Source: Candidatus Omnitrophota bacterium
Lineage (GTDB): Bacteria; Omnitrophota; Gorgyraeia; Gygaellales; Profunditerraquicolaceae
NCBI GenBank assembly: GCA_028715785.1
Contig: JAQURC010000005.1
Location: 2,095-66,094 of the forward strand
Direction of reading: 5' to 3'
DNA: 64,000 nt
The notes beneath the pieces are model-generated. The model made no database searches and was not told the DNA's origin. It worked only from the letters and a program-made list of their open reading frames with translations. Shown piece by piece: positions 31,953 through 41,775 of this stretch (the first letter of the stretch is position 1; every line of letters begins with the position of its first letter). Made by a program: the position numbers and the translations under genes.

Positions 31953-34081
31953 AGTTTTCTGGCGATCTTCTCGATATCGTAAGCCTCGATGATATCGCCT
32001 TCTGCCAACTGATCAAATCCGCCGATGGCTATCCCGCATTCAAAACCTTCCCCAACCTCGCGCACATCATCTTTGAAACGTTTCAAACTTGCAATCTTGC
32101 CTTCAAAAGCAGCTGCCCCGTTGCGCATCACCGTGACCATGCAATTACGATTGATCTTGCCTTTAGTTACGAAACATCCGGCAATCAAACCGGAACGGGA
32201 AAGTTTGAACATTTTTCTCACTTCAGCCCTGCCTAAAAATACTTTCTTTAGCTTCGGGGATAACATGCCCTCCACCGCGGCTTTTATATCATTGGCCAGT
32301 TCATAAATAATGCTGTAGGTTTTTACATCAATACCTTCTTTAGAGATCAACTCTTTAGCCGGTTCATCGGCGCTGACATTAAATCCCAAAATCAGCGCAT
32401 CCGAAGCCATCGCCAAAACTACATCCGAAGTATTGATATTTCCTGCTCCCATATGGATTATATCAATCTTAATCTCGGAGACATTCAACTTATCCAGCGT
32501 GTCCTTGATTGCCTCAAGGGAACCCTGCACATCTGCTTTAATAATTAGTTTCAGTTCCTTAATTTTACCTCCGGCAATCTGAGTGTGTAAATCTTCCAGG
32601 CTTACGCGTTTGACTTCTTTTACCTGCTGCAGCCTTTCTTTTTCTACGCGCGCCTGAATTAAACTTTTTGCCAGCCTTTCATCTTCAATCACAAAAAACT
32701 GCTCGCCTACCTGCGGGATGCCGCTAATACCTAAGACCTCTACCGGACTTGCCGGGCCGACGCTAGTTACCCCCTGGCCCCGGTCATTAAGCATCGCCCG
32801 GATCTTTCCGTATAAATTACCGACGATTATATTCTGGTTAAGGCTTAAGGTGCCATTCTGCACAAGCAGTGTCGCTACCGGGCCCCTGCCTTTGGCCATT
32901 CTTGCCTCCACAACTACTCCGTATGCCAGGCGGTCGGGATTTGCTTTTAGCTCCATCACTTCCGCCTGCAAAAGGATCATTTCAAGCAAACTGTCTATTC
33001 CGGCTCCGGTCTTGGCAGAAACCGGCACGGTAATAGTTTTTCCGCCCCAATCCTCGGCGGTCAGGCCGGCTTCCGATAATTGTTTTTTAACCATATCGGG
33101 GTTTGCCTGCGGTTTATCTATTTTATTGAGCGCTACGATAAGTGCCACTCCGGCTGCCCGCGCGTGGTCGATTGCTTCCCGGGTTTGCGGCATAATCCCG
33201 TCATCCGCTGCTACTACCAATACCACGATATCCGTAATCTTTGCGCCGCGTGCCCGCATGGCGGTAAAAGCTTCATGGCCGGGCGTATCCAAAAATGTAA
33301 TTTCTCCCTGAGGAAGGCTTACCCGATACGCGCCGATATGCTGGGTAATTCCTCCGTGCTCTGCTTCGGTGACCTTAGTCTTGCGTATCGCGTCAAGAAG
33401 CGAGGTCTTGCCATGATCGACATGCCCCATAAATGTAACTATCGGCGGCCGGCTCTTGAGTTCTTGCGGCCGGTCGATCTTCTTATGCACCCCTAAAGCT
33501 AATTCTTCGGCATCAGGGGCCTTCTTAATTTTAAAATTATATTTTAGGCAAAGCTTATTTAAGGTATCCTCATCCAAAGTCTGATTAATACCGATCATTA
33601 CCCTCATATCCATAAGATGCTTAATGAGAACGGATGATTTTTCCTGCAACTTTATCGCCAGATCCTTAACCGTAATCGGCAGCTCCAGCTCAATCTCCTT
33701 ACCCGGAGCAGCTTCTACTTTAATCTCCGGCACGGGTTCCGGTTGAATATGGACGGCTGGCTTAGGTTTAATTACCGGTTTGGCTTCGGGTTTTACTTCA
33801 GGTTTTACTTCTATTTTAATTTCCGGCTTGGCTTCTACTTTAGCCTCAATTTTAGGCGCCGCGTGTTTTACCGCGGGTTTTACGGGTTTTAGTGCCGGCT
33901 TAGCCTTAAGCGGCTTGGCTGCGGGCTTAGGCTTCAAGAGATGAGCTTTAACAGAGGGCTTCTTGGCCTTTGTTTCAACTTTAACCTTGGATTTATGGCT
34001 TTGGCTAGTCGAAGCCAAACCACTGCCTTGCGGCTTGACTGTTTTCTTTACCGTTGTTTTTTCTTTTTTGGTTTTGGGCAT
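31949..34081 (-). CDS. infB: translation initiation factor IF-2
   Basis: Lys/Pro-rich N-terminus, 'VTFMGHVDHGKTSLLD' G1, 'DTPGHEAF' G3 and 'NKIDK' G4 motifs. Confidence 0.95.
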   Translation of the reverse strand: MPKTKKEKTTVKKTVKPQGSGLASTSQSHKSKVKVETKAKKPSVKAHLLKPKPAAKPLKAKPALKPVKPAVKHAAPKIEAKVEAKPEIKIEVKPEVKPEAKPVIKPKPAVHIQPEPVPEIKVEAAPGKEIELELPITVKDLAIKLQEKSSVLIKHLMDMRVMIGINQTLDEDTLNKLCLKYNFKIKKAPDAEELALGVHKKIDRPQELKSRPPIVTFMGHVDHGKTSLLDAIRKTKVTEAEHGGITQHIGAYRVSLPQGEITFLDTPGHEAFTAMRARGAKITDIVVLVVAADDGIMPQTREAIDHARAAGVALIVALNKIDKPQANPDMVKKQLSEAGLTAEDWGGKTITVPVSAKTGAGIDSLLEMILLQAEVMELKANPDRLAYGVVVEARMAKGRGPVATLLVQNGTLSLNQNIIVGNLYGKIRAMLNDRGQGVTSVGPASPVEVLGISGIPQVGEQFFVIEDERLAKSLIQARVEKERLQQVKEVKRVSLEDLHTQIAGGKIKELKLIIKADVQGSLEAIKDTLDKLNVSEIKIDIIHMGAGNINTSDVVLAMASDALILGFNVSADEPAKELISKEGIDVKTYSIIYELANDIKAAVEGMLSPKLKKVFLGRAEVRKMFKLSRSGLIAGCFVTKGKINRNCMVTVMRNGAAAFEGKIASLKRFKDDVREVGEGFECGIAIGGFDQLAEGDIIEAYDIEKIARKL

Positions 34082-34107
34082 AATCTCTCCATCCTATATT
34101 AAAAAAC

Positions 34108-35370
34108 TTATAATAGTTTTTTAGCTTCTGCGATAATTTTCTGGGCCTTCTTTTCTCCGATACCCTTAATTTTCATCAACCCTTCTGCCTTTGCCTCAAT
34201 TATATCATTGATACTCTTAATTCCCGCTTCTTTTAAACTTTCTACAATCTTGGGCCCTATGCCGGATAAATCCCCTAAAGAAGCGCCTTCTTTTTTGGCT
34301 TCTTTTTTGGCTGTTTTCTTAACCGCTTTCTTGACTCCTTTAGCCTTAGGCTCTTCCTCTTTACCCTCTTCTGCCTTTGCCACGGCAGCAGCTTTCTCCT
34401 CCTTTTTCCCGCCGAGCGCTTCAGCGGCAATCATGCTCTTAGTGCGGATATCTAACTCCCAGCCAACCAGCCGGGAAGCCAGGCGCACGTTCTGCCCGTG
34501 TTTACCGATACTCAAGGAAAGCTGGTCATCATCTACAATAACCTCGGCCTTCATTTTCTCCCGGTCTAATTTGATTTCAGAAACCTTAGCCGGAGAAAGA
34601 GCGGCCTTGATATATTCACGCACATCATCATTAAAACGCACAATATCAATTTTTTCTCCCTGCAGTTCATTAACAATATTCCTTACCCGGTTGCCGCGCA
34701 TGCCTACGCAGGCCCCCACCGCATCCACTTTTTCGTTCTTTGAATAAACCGAAATTTTAGTGCGTTCGCCGGCTTGACGTGAAATACCCCGGATCTCGAC
34801 GATCCCTTCATAAATCTCGGGGACCTCTAATTCGAACAACTCTTTAACCAGGTTAGGATGGGCGCGCGATAAAATGATCTGCGGGCCCTTAGTGTCTTTT
34901 TTCACCTCAACAACATAGGCCCGGATCCGCTGGCCCTGCTTGAATTCCTCCTTGGGGGACTGTTCGCGTTTAAGTAAAATTCCTTCGGCCTTGCCTAACA
35001 GGTCCACGATAACATTACCCTTTTCAAAACGATAGACCGTCCCGCTGACAATCTCTCCTACCCGGCTTTGAAATTCGCCAAAAACCACATCCTTCTCCGC
35101 TTCACGCATCTTCTGAATAATCACCTGGCGGGCGGTAGAGGCGGCGATACGGCCAAAATCAATATTGGTCACCGGCGTATTATTACGAAAGGCGCGGATC
35201 TCCCCGGTAGAGCGGTCGATCTGGACCTTAAACTCTTCATCGGGTTTTAAATCAATTACCCTCTTAGCAGCGCTAAGCATGGCGCTCTCAACTGCCTCCA
35301 GCATAATTTCCTTCTTGATCCCTTTTTCACGTTCGATCTGTTCAATAATCGCAAGCAGCTCCTGACTCAT
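34108..35370 (-). CDS. nusA: transcription termination/antitermination factor NusA
   Basis: S1 and KH domains plus a lysine-rich C-terminal HhH region. Confidence 0.95.
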   Translation of the reverse strand: MSQELLAIIEQIEREKGIKKEIMLEAVESAMLSAAKRVIDLKPDEEFKVQIDRSTGEIRAFRNNTPVTNIDFGRIAASTARQVIIQKMREAEKDVVFGEFQSRVGEIVSGTVYRFEKGNVIVDLLGKAEGILLKREQSPKEEFKQGQRIRAYVVEVKKDTKGPQIILSRAHPNLVKELFELEVPEIYEGIVEIRGISRQAGERTKISVYSKNEKVDAVGACVGMRGNRVRNIVNELQGEKIDIVRFNDDVREYIKAALSPAKVSEIKLDREKMKAEVIVDDDQLSLSIGKHGQNVRLASRLVGWELDIRTKSMIAAEALGGKKEEKAAAVAKAEEGKEEEPKAKGVKKAVKKTAKKEAKKEGASLGDLSGIGPKIVESLKEAGIKSINDIIEAKAEGLMKIKGIGEKKAQKIIAEAKKLL

Positions 35371-35393
35371 TTTTTTACTCTCCAGTTATTTTT

Positions 35394-35852
35394 TTAAACT
35401 ACTAATCGTGCTTTGTTTATTTTTATCAATGGGATTTCCAAAACCTGCCCCGAATGATCGATAAATACGCTTTTATCATCCGCCCTAGTGATTAAGCCCT
35501 GCCACTGGCATTTGCCGCCGACTAAATCATTAAGAAAAAACACCGCTTCTTTATTCAGGCAGCGGGAAAAATCCTTCTGCGTCTTAAGGCAGCGATCAAG
35601 CCCCGGCGAAGAAACCTCCAGGACATAATTAGAATCGATTATATTTTTTTCTTCCAGTAATTGGCTAAGCTGGCGATTAAGCAAGGCGCATTCCCCTAAA
35701 GTTATACCGCCTGTCGGCCTATCCGCTAAAATCCTTAAGACTAAATTGTTGCCGTCATGCCTGCAAATAAGGTCAATAAGCTCCAGGCCTTGCCGGCTAA
35801 GGCAGGAACCAATCAACTCATTCAGCTCTTTAACCAGTTCTTCTTTAATCAA
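35394..35852 (-). CDS. rimP: ribosome maturation factor RimP
   Basis: Position upstream of nusA and 'LEVSSPGLDR' motif. Confidence 0.8.
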   Translation of the reverse strand: MIKEELVKELNELIGSCLSRQGLELIDLICRHDGNNLVLRILADRPTGGITLGECALLNRQLSQLLEEKNIIDSNYVLEVSSPGLDRCLKTQKDFSRCLNKEAVFFLNDLVGGKCQWQGLITRADDKSVFIDHSGQVLEIPLIKINKARLVV

Positions 35853-35864
35853 ACTTATTCCTTT

Positions 35865-37118
35865 TTAGCGGCCTTTTAATACTTGGCCGTTAATAAAACT
35901 TACCAGCTCTTCTTTAGGTATATGCACGGTTGACCGGTCTTTACGGACCCTTGCTTCTATATTCTTTTCTGCGATACTTTTCTTACCGATTACAATGCTT
36001 AAAGGTAAACCGATTAAATCCGCATCCTTGAATTTTACTCCGGCACGCTCATCCCGGTCATCAAGAAGCGCCGTAAATCCGGCGGCGTTGATTTGATCAT
36101 AAAGGCCTAAAGCCTCCTGTTTGATCGCCGCGTTGGTTATATCTAAAGGCAAAACCATAACGTCAAAAGGGGCGACCTCGCCGGGCCAGACGATCCCGTC
36201 GGCATCATTATTCTGCTCGATAATCGCCGAAACCAGGCGGGATACCCCGATTCCATAGCAGCCCATAATCACCGGCTTAAGCTGACCTTTAGCATCGGAG
36301 AAATTAGCCTCGATTGCCTGGCTGTATTTTATACCCAGCTTAAAGATATGCCCGACTTCAATGGTATTAACTTTATCCATATCTATCCGGCATTTGGGAC
36401 ATAAACTATTGCCTTCCTTAAAAGCTGCGGCCAGTTTACATTTCGGACAGAGCATTACGACATCTTCACCCAGCGGGGCCTGGGCCATAAATTCATGCGA
36501 AACTTTACCGCCCATAACCCCGGAATCCGCTTCGGTAATCAAAGTTTTCAGGCCGCATCTGGAGAATATCCGCTTATATGCCTCAAACATCAATTGGTAA
36601 TTTTTATCCAGGCCCGCCTCATCTTGATCAAAGCTGTAGGCGTCCTTCATGATAAATTCGCAGGCCCGGATCAGGCCAAAACGCGGGCGTATTTCATCGC
36701 GGAATTTTGTCTGGATTTGATATAAGACCAGCGGTAATTGCCGGTAGCTTGAGCAATTGTTTTTTACCAGATCCGTAATTACTTCTTCATGCGTAGGGCC
36801 AAGGGCGATAGTCCTTCCGCGGCGGTCCTTGAATTTAAACATTACTTCGCCCAGGTCCTTATCGCGGCCGGTTTTCTGCCAGAGCTCCAGAGGGTGTAAG
36901 GCCGGCAAAAGAAGTTCGCTTGCCCCGCAGGCATTCATCTCTTGGCGGATTATCCCCTGGATTTTTTCCAGGACCCGTAATCCCAGAGGAAGATAAGTAT
37001 AGGCTCCGGCCATAAGCATACGCGTAAAGCCGGCGCGCAATAATAATTGGTGGCTTACTGATTCTGCCTCCTTGGGCGTTTCTTTTAATGTCGGAATAAA
37101 AGCCTTGCTCCAAAACAT
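35865..37118 (-). CDS. proS: proline--tRNA ligase, short bacterial-type form lacking the INS editing domain, with a Cys4 insertion
   Basis: N-terminus 'FIPTLKETPKEAESVSHQLLLRAGF' is bacterial-type ProRS. Only 417 aa. 'CPKCK...CPKC' zinc-ribbon-like insertion. Confidence 0.75.
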   Translation of the reverse strand: MFWSKAFIPTLKETPKEAESVSHQLLLRAGFTRMLMAGAYTYLPLGLRVLEKIQGIIRQEMNACGASELLLPALHPLELWQKTGRDKDLGEVMFKFKDRRGRTIALGPTHEEVITDLVKNNCSSYRQLPLVLYQIQTKFRDEIRPRFGLIRACEFIMKDAYSFDQDEAGLDKNYQLMFEAYKRIFSRCGLKTLITEADSGVMGGKVSHEFMAQAPLGEDVVMLCPKCKLAAAFKEGNSLCPKCRIDMDKVNTIEVGHIFKLGIKYSQAIEANFSDAKGQLKPVIMGCYGIGVSRLVSAIIEQNNDADGIVWPGEVAPFDVMVLPLDITNAAIKQEALGLYDQINAAGFTALLDDRDERAGVKFKDADLIGLPLSIVIGKKSIAEKNIEARVRKDRSTVHIPKEELVSFINGQVLKGR

Positions 37119-37131
37119 ATTAATCCCTCGA

Positions 37132-38415
37132 CTAATCCTTTTTAAAAATTTCTTTGGATAAAGTTACCCCTCTTTTGGCAAAAAGCGGGTAGAAAGCCGG
37201 CTCTATGCCGGTGGCTTTAAAACGGCCGTAGACCTTGCTGCCTTCAACAACGTTAGTAATCTCATAGACAAAAAGATCCTCCAGGTTGGCCCAGCCGTCT
37301 TTCAAGCCGTTTACCTGCGTAATCCGGGTAATCTTGCGCGAGCCGTCGGAAAGCTGGTCCTGCTGAATAATCAAATGCAGGGATGCGGCAATCTGGCGGT
37401 GTATGGCTTCTAAGGTTATAGGGATCCCGGACATCAGGATCATTGTTTCCAGGCGGTGCATAACCTCCGCAGGAGTATTGGCGTGAATGACTGAAAGCGC
37501 GCCATTATGGCCCGAGCACATCGCCTGAAGCATATCCAAAGCCTCGGCGCTCCTGATTTCACCTAAGATAATCCTCTGCGGCCGCATCCGCAGGGTGTTG
37601 CGGAAAAGCTCCCTGATGGAAATTTCCCCCTTGCCTTCGATATTGGCCGGTTTTGTCTCAAGCCTGACTACGTGATCCTGGGCCAAATGCAGTTCCGCCG
37701 TGTCTTCAATAGTGATAATGCGTTCGTCATTACTAATATAGCTGGAAAGCACGCCCACGGTAGTGGTTTTTCCGGAACCGGTAGCGCCGGAAAATATCAT
37801 ATTTACCCTGGCCTTGATACAGGCAATTAAAAAATCCGCCATTTTTCTATCCAGGGTCCCCAAGCTGATAAGGTCCTCGGCCTTTGCAATTTTTTTAAGA
37901 AACTTGCGGATAGTTATTGTCGGGCCGGCTAAAGCCAACGGTGGGATGATAATATTGACCCGCGAACCATCGGGCAGGCAAACGTCCGTATAAGGAACCG
38001 TCTCATCTACCCTTCTTCTGGTGGGCGCTAAGATCTTTTGAATAACATACATCAACTGCTGATTGCTCTCAAACTTCATATTGGTCAACTGTTTTTTCCC
38101 GCCCTTTTCTATATATACGTTCTGCGTGCCGTTAATCATAATTTCGGTCACTTCAGGATCCACCATTAATTTCTCGATGGGCCCAAAACCGGAAAATTCA
38201 TCGACCAGCTCGTTGATGATATTATCCCTCTCCTGCTCTTTAAGGACGCCGCGCGGCTTACTAAGGATCCCTTCAAGGATGTTCCTGATTAAAGCGGCAA
38301 CTTCGGCCTTATTATCGGCGCTCTTAAATAAGACATCGCTGTTTTTAAATAAAACGCTGCTGTATTTGGCGATAAAATCTCCGCGAACCCTGTCTTTTAA
38401 TGTTTGTTGTGTCAT
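37132..38415 (-). CDS. CpaF/TadA-family type II/IV secretion ATPase
   Basis: 'MIFSGATGSGKTT' Walker A, 'IILGEIR' and His-box region. No other pilus or secretion genes are nearby. Confidence 0.8.
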   Translation of the reverse strand: MTQQTLKDRVRGDFIAKYSSVLFKNSDVLFKSADNKAEVAALIRNILEGILSKPRGVLKEQERDNIINELVDEFSGFGPIEKLMVDPEVTEIMINGTQNVYIEKGGKKQLTNMKFESNQQLMYVIQKILAPTRRRVDETVPYTDVCLPDGSRVNIIIPPLALAGPTITIRKFLKKIAKAEDLISLGTLDRKMADFLIACIKARVNMIFSGATGSGKTTTVGVLSSYISNDERIITIEDTAELHLAQDHVVRLETKPANIEGKGEISIRELFRNTLRMRPQRIILGEIRSAEALDMLQAMCSGHNGALSVIHANTPAEVMHRLETMILMSGIPITLEAIHRQIAASLHLIIQQDQLSDGSRKITRITQVNGLKDGWANLEDLFVYEITNVVEGSKVYGRFKATGIEPAFYPLFAKRGVTLSKEIFKKD

Positions 38416-38474
38416 ATGCTCCCCCTTGCCCGGAAGGGCACACCCGCTTAACTCCTTATAAACGCGGGGTGTTC
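38416..38474 (-). promoter_or_regulatory. conserved 5'-leader motif, copy Z (upstream of the cpaF-like gene, overlapping the ispG 3' end)
   Basis: Sense sequence 'caccccgcgtttataaggagttaagcgggtgtgcccttccgggcaagggggagcatATG'. Identical in length and ~80% identical to copy Y. Confidence 0.45.
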
Positions 38475-39532
38475 GATTTAATCTCCTGTAATAAAATCCG
38501 CGCGCAATCTTTTGCCGGTATCCTCTTCACTATTTTACCATGCGCAAACAAAATCCCTTTGTTTTTTCCAAAAGCAACCCCTAAATCAGCTTCTTTTGCT
38601 TCTCCCGGGCCATTAACTACACAGCCCATCACCGCTATGCTTAAGGGATGGATGAATCGCTTATATTCCTTAGCCGCTAATTTATCTTCTAAGTCTTTAA
38701 CTATGCTGATTAAATCCACCTCACAGCGTCCGCAAGTAGGGCAGCTGATTAAGCGGACAGAAGAATTATACAAACCTAAAGATTCCAGCATGCATTTGGC
38801 TGCCCTGACCTCCTCAACCGGATTATCGGTAAGGGATACCCTTATTGTATCACCAATACCCTCTAACAGTAAAGCGCCTATTGCAACGCTGGACTTAATA
38901 ATCCCGTTATAAGGAGAACCGGTTGCTGTAACCCCAAGATGCAAAGGATAAGCGCAAAGCTTAGCCACCTTACGGTATGCCTCAACCGTATCCAAAACAT
39001 TATTGGCTTTAAGCGAAATCACTATTTTATCGAATTTAAGCCTCTCGATCTTCTTCACGTAATCCATGCAGGCAGCCACCAACTTATCGGTCATCGGGGA
39101 TTTTCTCGGGCCCGCGTCTTTTACCGAACCGCTGTTGAGCCCGATACGCAAGGGGATATTGGCTGACTTTAATGCGCCAATAACCGCCTCTATCTCCTGA
39201 GGCTTATCAATATTTCCGGGATTTAACCTGATTTTATCCGCGCCGTTTTCGATGGCGGCAATCGCCAAACGATAATTAAAATGAATATCCGCGACTAAAG
39301 GGATTTTTACCTTGGCCTTAATTTTCTTTAAGGCCGCCGCATCAGAGGCATCCTTAATCGCCAGGCGCACGATCCGGCAGCCCGCTGACTCCAGTTGCTT
39401 GATTTGAGTAACGGTATTCTCAATATCAGAAGTCTTGGTCTTAGCCATCGATTGGATGGCTATCGGGTTTTTTGCGCCAATCAGGCAATCGCCGATCTTG
39501 ATAATTTTGGATTTTCTTCTTTTAATTTCCAT
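38456..39532 (-). CDS. ispG: 4-hydroxy-3-methylbut-2-en-1-yl diphosphate synthase
   Basis: 'IQSMAKTKTSD' and 'ISCPTCGRC' [4Fe-4S] cysteines. Confidence 0.9.
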   Translation of the reverse strand: MEIKRRKSKIIKIGDCLIGAKNPIAIQSMAKTKTSDIENTVTQIKQLESAGCRIVRLAIKDASDAAALKKIKAKVKIPLVADIHFNYRLAIAAIENGADKIRLNPGNIDKPQEIEAVIGALKSANIPLRIGLNSGSVKDAGPRKSPMTDKLVAACMDYVKKIERLKFDKIVISLKANNVLDTVEAYRKVAKLCAYPLHLGVTATGSPYNGIIKSSVAIGALLLEGIGDTIRVSLTDNPVEEVRAAKCMLESLGLYNSSVRLISCPTCGRCEVDLISIVKDLEDKLAAKEYKRFIHPLSIAVMGCVVNGPGEAKEADLGVAFGKNKGILFAHGKIVKRIPAKDCARILLQEIKSNTPRL

Positions 39533-39533
39533 A

Positions 39534-40616
39534 TTATCTGGATATCAACTTACTGACTTTATCCCCGTAAATCCTCACTATATCATTATAAGTAACAAAT
39601 AATGCCAGGCCGATTATAAGGGCAAAACCGATATTATTGACTATCTCTTCGGCCTTAATCCCCAATGCCTTTTTCCTTATTTTTTCCAAACCCAGCAAAA
39701 ATAAATGCCCGCCGTCCAAAATCGGCAGCGGCAGAAGATTAAAGATGGCCAGGCTGACGCTTAATATGGCAATCAAATGCATCACCGCGATAAGCCCTAA
39801 TTTTGCCGCCTTGGAAGTGATGAAAAATATCCCCAAGGGGCCGGTCATGGAATCCCGCATCGACATCTTGCCGCAAGCCAGCATCCATAAACCTTTATAA
39901 GTCATAATCGTCAAATTAATAGTTTTCTGAAAACCAAGATATGCCGACTCAAAAAAACCGTGCTTGACTTCGGTTATTTCATCAAAAGGAGAAATACCGA
40001 TAATCCCCAAAGCACGCTTCTGCCCCAATTGGTCATCGATTACCTTCTCTTTAATCGGAACATTCAAGGTCAGCTCCCGGTTGTCCCGCAAAACAGTAAG
40101 CCTTACCTGCTCTTTTGAATTCCTTTGCTGTATCTGGCGCTGCAGATCCTCCCAGACATCGACCTTCCTGCCGTCAACGGCGATGATCTTATCCGCCACT
40201 TTTAAACCGGCGTCTTTTGCCCCGTAACCGTCGATTAATCCGCCGACCTTGGTAGTTAAGGTGGGGTAGCCGATAAAAAAGATACACCAAAAAAATAAAA
40301 AGCCCAGGATATAATTCAAAAACGGGCCGAAGAAAATAATCTGGAACCTCCTGCCAGGAAGCTTAGAAAGATATTCATCGGGCTTGCCTTGGTATTCCGC
40401 CTGGTTATCTCCGGCCATCTTGACGTAACCGCCTAACGGCACCAGGCTGAGGCTGTATTCGGTATCCCCTTTTTTCTTTTTAAAAACCTGCGGGCCAAAA
40501 CCCAGAGAGAACTGCTCGACGCGCACGCCATTCTTACGCGCCGCAATAAAATGCCCGAACTCATGCACAATAATGAGCAGGCTTAAAATTAAAATAAAAA
40601 TAACCGTAGCAATCAT
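39534..40616 (-). CDS. rseP: RIP (site-2) zinc metalloprotease RseP
   Basis: 'HEFGHF' HExxH motif, PDZ domain and 'LLPLPILDGGH'. Confidence 0.85.
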   Translation of the reverse strand: MIATVIFILILSLLIIVHEFGHFIAARKNGVRVEQFSLGFGPQVFKKKKGDTEYSLSLVPLGGYVKMAGDNQAEYQGKPDEYLSKLPGRRFQIIFFGPFLNYILGFLFFWCIFFIGYPTLTTKVGGLIDGYGAKDAGLKVADKIIAVDGRKVDVWEDLQRQIQQRNSKEQVRLTVLRDNRELTLNVPIKEKVIDDQLGQKRALGIIGISPFDEITEVKHGFFESAYLGFQKTINLTIMTYKGLWMLACGKMSMRDSMTGPLGIFFITSKAAKLGLIAVMHLIAILSVSLAIFNLLPLPILDGGHLFLLGLEKIRKKALGIKAEEIVNNIGFALIIGLALFVTYNDIVRIYGDKVSKLISR

Positions 40617-40629
40617 CTTCTAATTAAGG

Positions 40630-41775
40630 TTAATAGCCCAGGCGGCCAACTTCTTCCCTGGCCCAGGCATCGGCAGCCAATACCTGTCCGAGGCTGGGGT
40701 CGGCTATTTTTGCGTGGGCCCGCATTACCTTCTCCACTATTTTGGGTATGGTTAAAAAATTTATCCTTTTGTTTAAAAAATAATTTACGCTTTCTTCATT
40801 TGCCGCATTTAAAACCGCAGGCATTGTCCCCAATTCCCTGGCTGCCTGATAAGCAAGCATAAGCGAGGGAAACCTTTTGAAATCCGGCTTTTCAAAGCGC
40901 AGCTTGCTTAGACGGTAGAAATCTATCCCGGCAAGCTGAGAAGGCAGCCTCTGCGGATAAGACAAAGCATACTGGATAGGTATGCGCATATCGGTAACCG
41001 AAAGCTGGGCCATAATTACGCCGTCATTAAATTCGACCATCGAATGGATCAGGGATTCGGGATGAATCAATATTTTTATTTTCTCCGCTCCTAGATTAAA
41101 CAGGAACATCGCCTCAAGCAATTCCAGCCCCTTATTCATCAAAGTCGCCGAATCAACCGTGATCTTTTTACCCATCTTCCAGCGGGGATGATGCAATACT
41201 TTTTCGATGCTCACCTGCCTGAATTTATTTGCCGGCAAATTCCTTAACGGCCCGCCGGAAGCAGTCAAATACACCCTCCTGACATTAGTCTGATCTAAAC
41301 CTGCCAGGCCCTGCCAGATAGCCGATTGTTCGCTGTCAACCGGTAAGATCTTGACCTTATGTTTTTTTACCAGGCGCATAATTATCGGGCCGGCCATAAC
41401 CATTGTTTCCTTGTTGGCTAAGGCAATATCCTTGCCGCTTTTAATTGCGTTGATCAAGGGGATAAGCGCGGATGATCCGGAAACTGCAAACATGATCTGC
41501 TGGATCTCTTTATCCCTGACCAGTTCATTTAGCCCCTCTTCCCCGCAAAGGACTTTGGTCAAAGGCCCCACCTGGGCTTTTAGTCGGCCGGCTGCTTCTT
41601 TATCTCTTACGCAAACTATGGCAGGGCGAAACTCTTCGATCTGCTCTTTTAACTTAACGATATCGGAATTAACGCTTAAAGCTAAAACTTTAAATTGTCT
41701 CGGCAGGCTCCTTGCTACCGCAAGCGTACTCTGGCCGATGGAGCCGCTGGAACCTAAAACCGCAATCTTTTTCAT
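40630..41775 (-). CDS. dxr: 1-deoxy-D-xylulose 5-phosphate reductoisomerase
   Basis: 'KIAVLGSSGSIGQSTL' NADPH-binding N-terminus; 381 aa. Confidence 0.9.
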   Translation of the reverse strand: MKKIAVLGSSGSIGQSTLAVARSLPRQFKVLALSVNSDIVKLKEQIEEFRPAIVCVRDKEAAGRLKAQVGPLTKVLCGEEGLNELVRDKEIQQIMFAVSGSSALIPLINAIKSGKDIALANKETMVMAGPIIMRLVKKHKVKILPVDSEQSAIWQGLAGLDQTNVRRVYLTASGGPLRNLPANKFRQVSIEKVLHHPRWKMGKKITVDSATLMNKGLELLEAMFLFNLGAEKIKILIHPESLIHSMVEFNDGVIMAQLSVTDMRIPIQYALSYPQRLPSQLAGIDFYRLSKLRFEKPDFKRFPSLMLAYQAARELGTMPAVLNAANEESVNYFLNKRINFLTIPKIVEKVMRAHAKIADPSLGQVLAADAWAREEVGRLGY

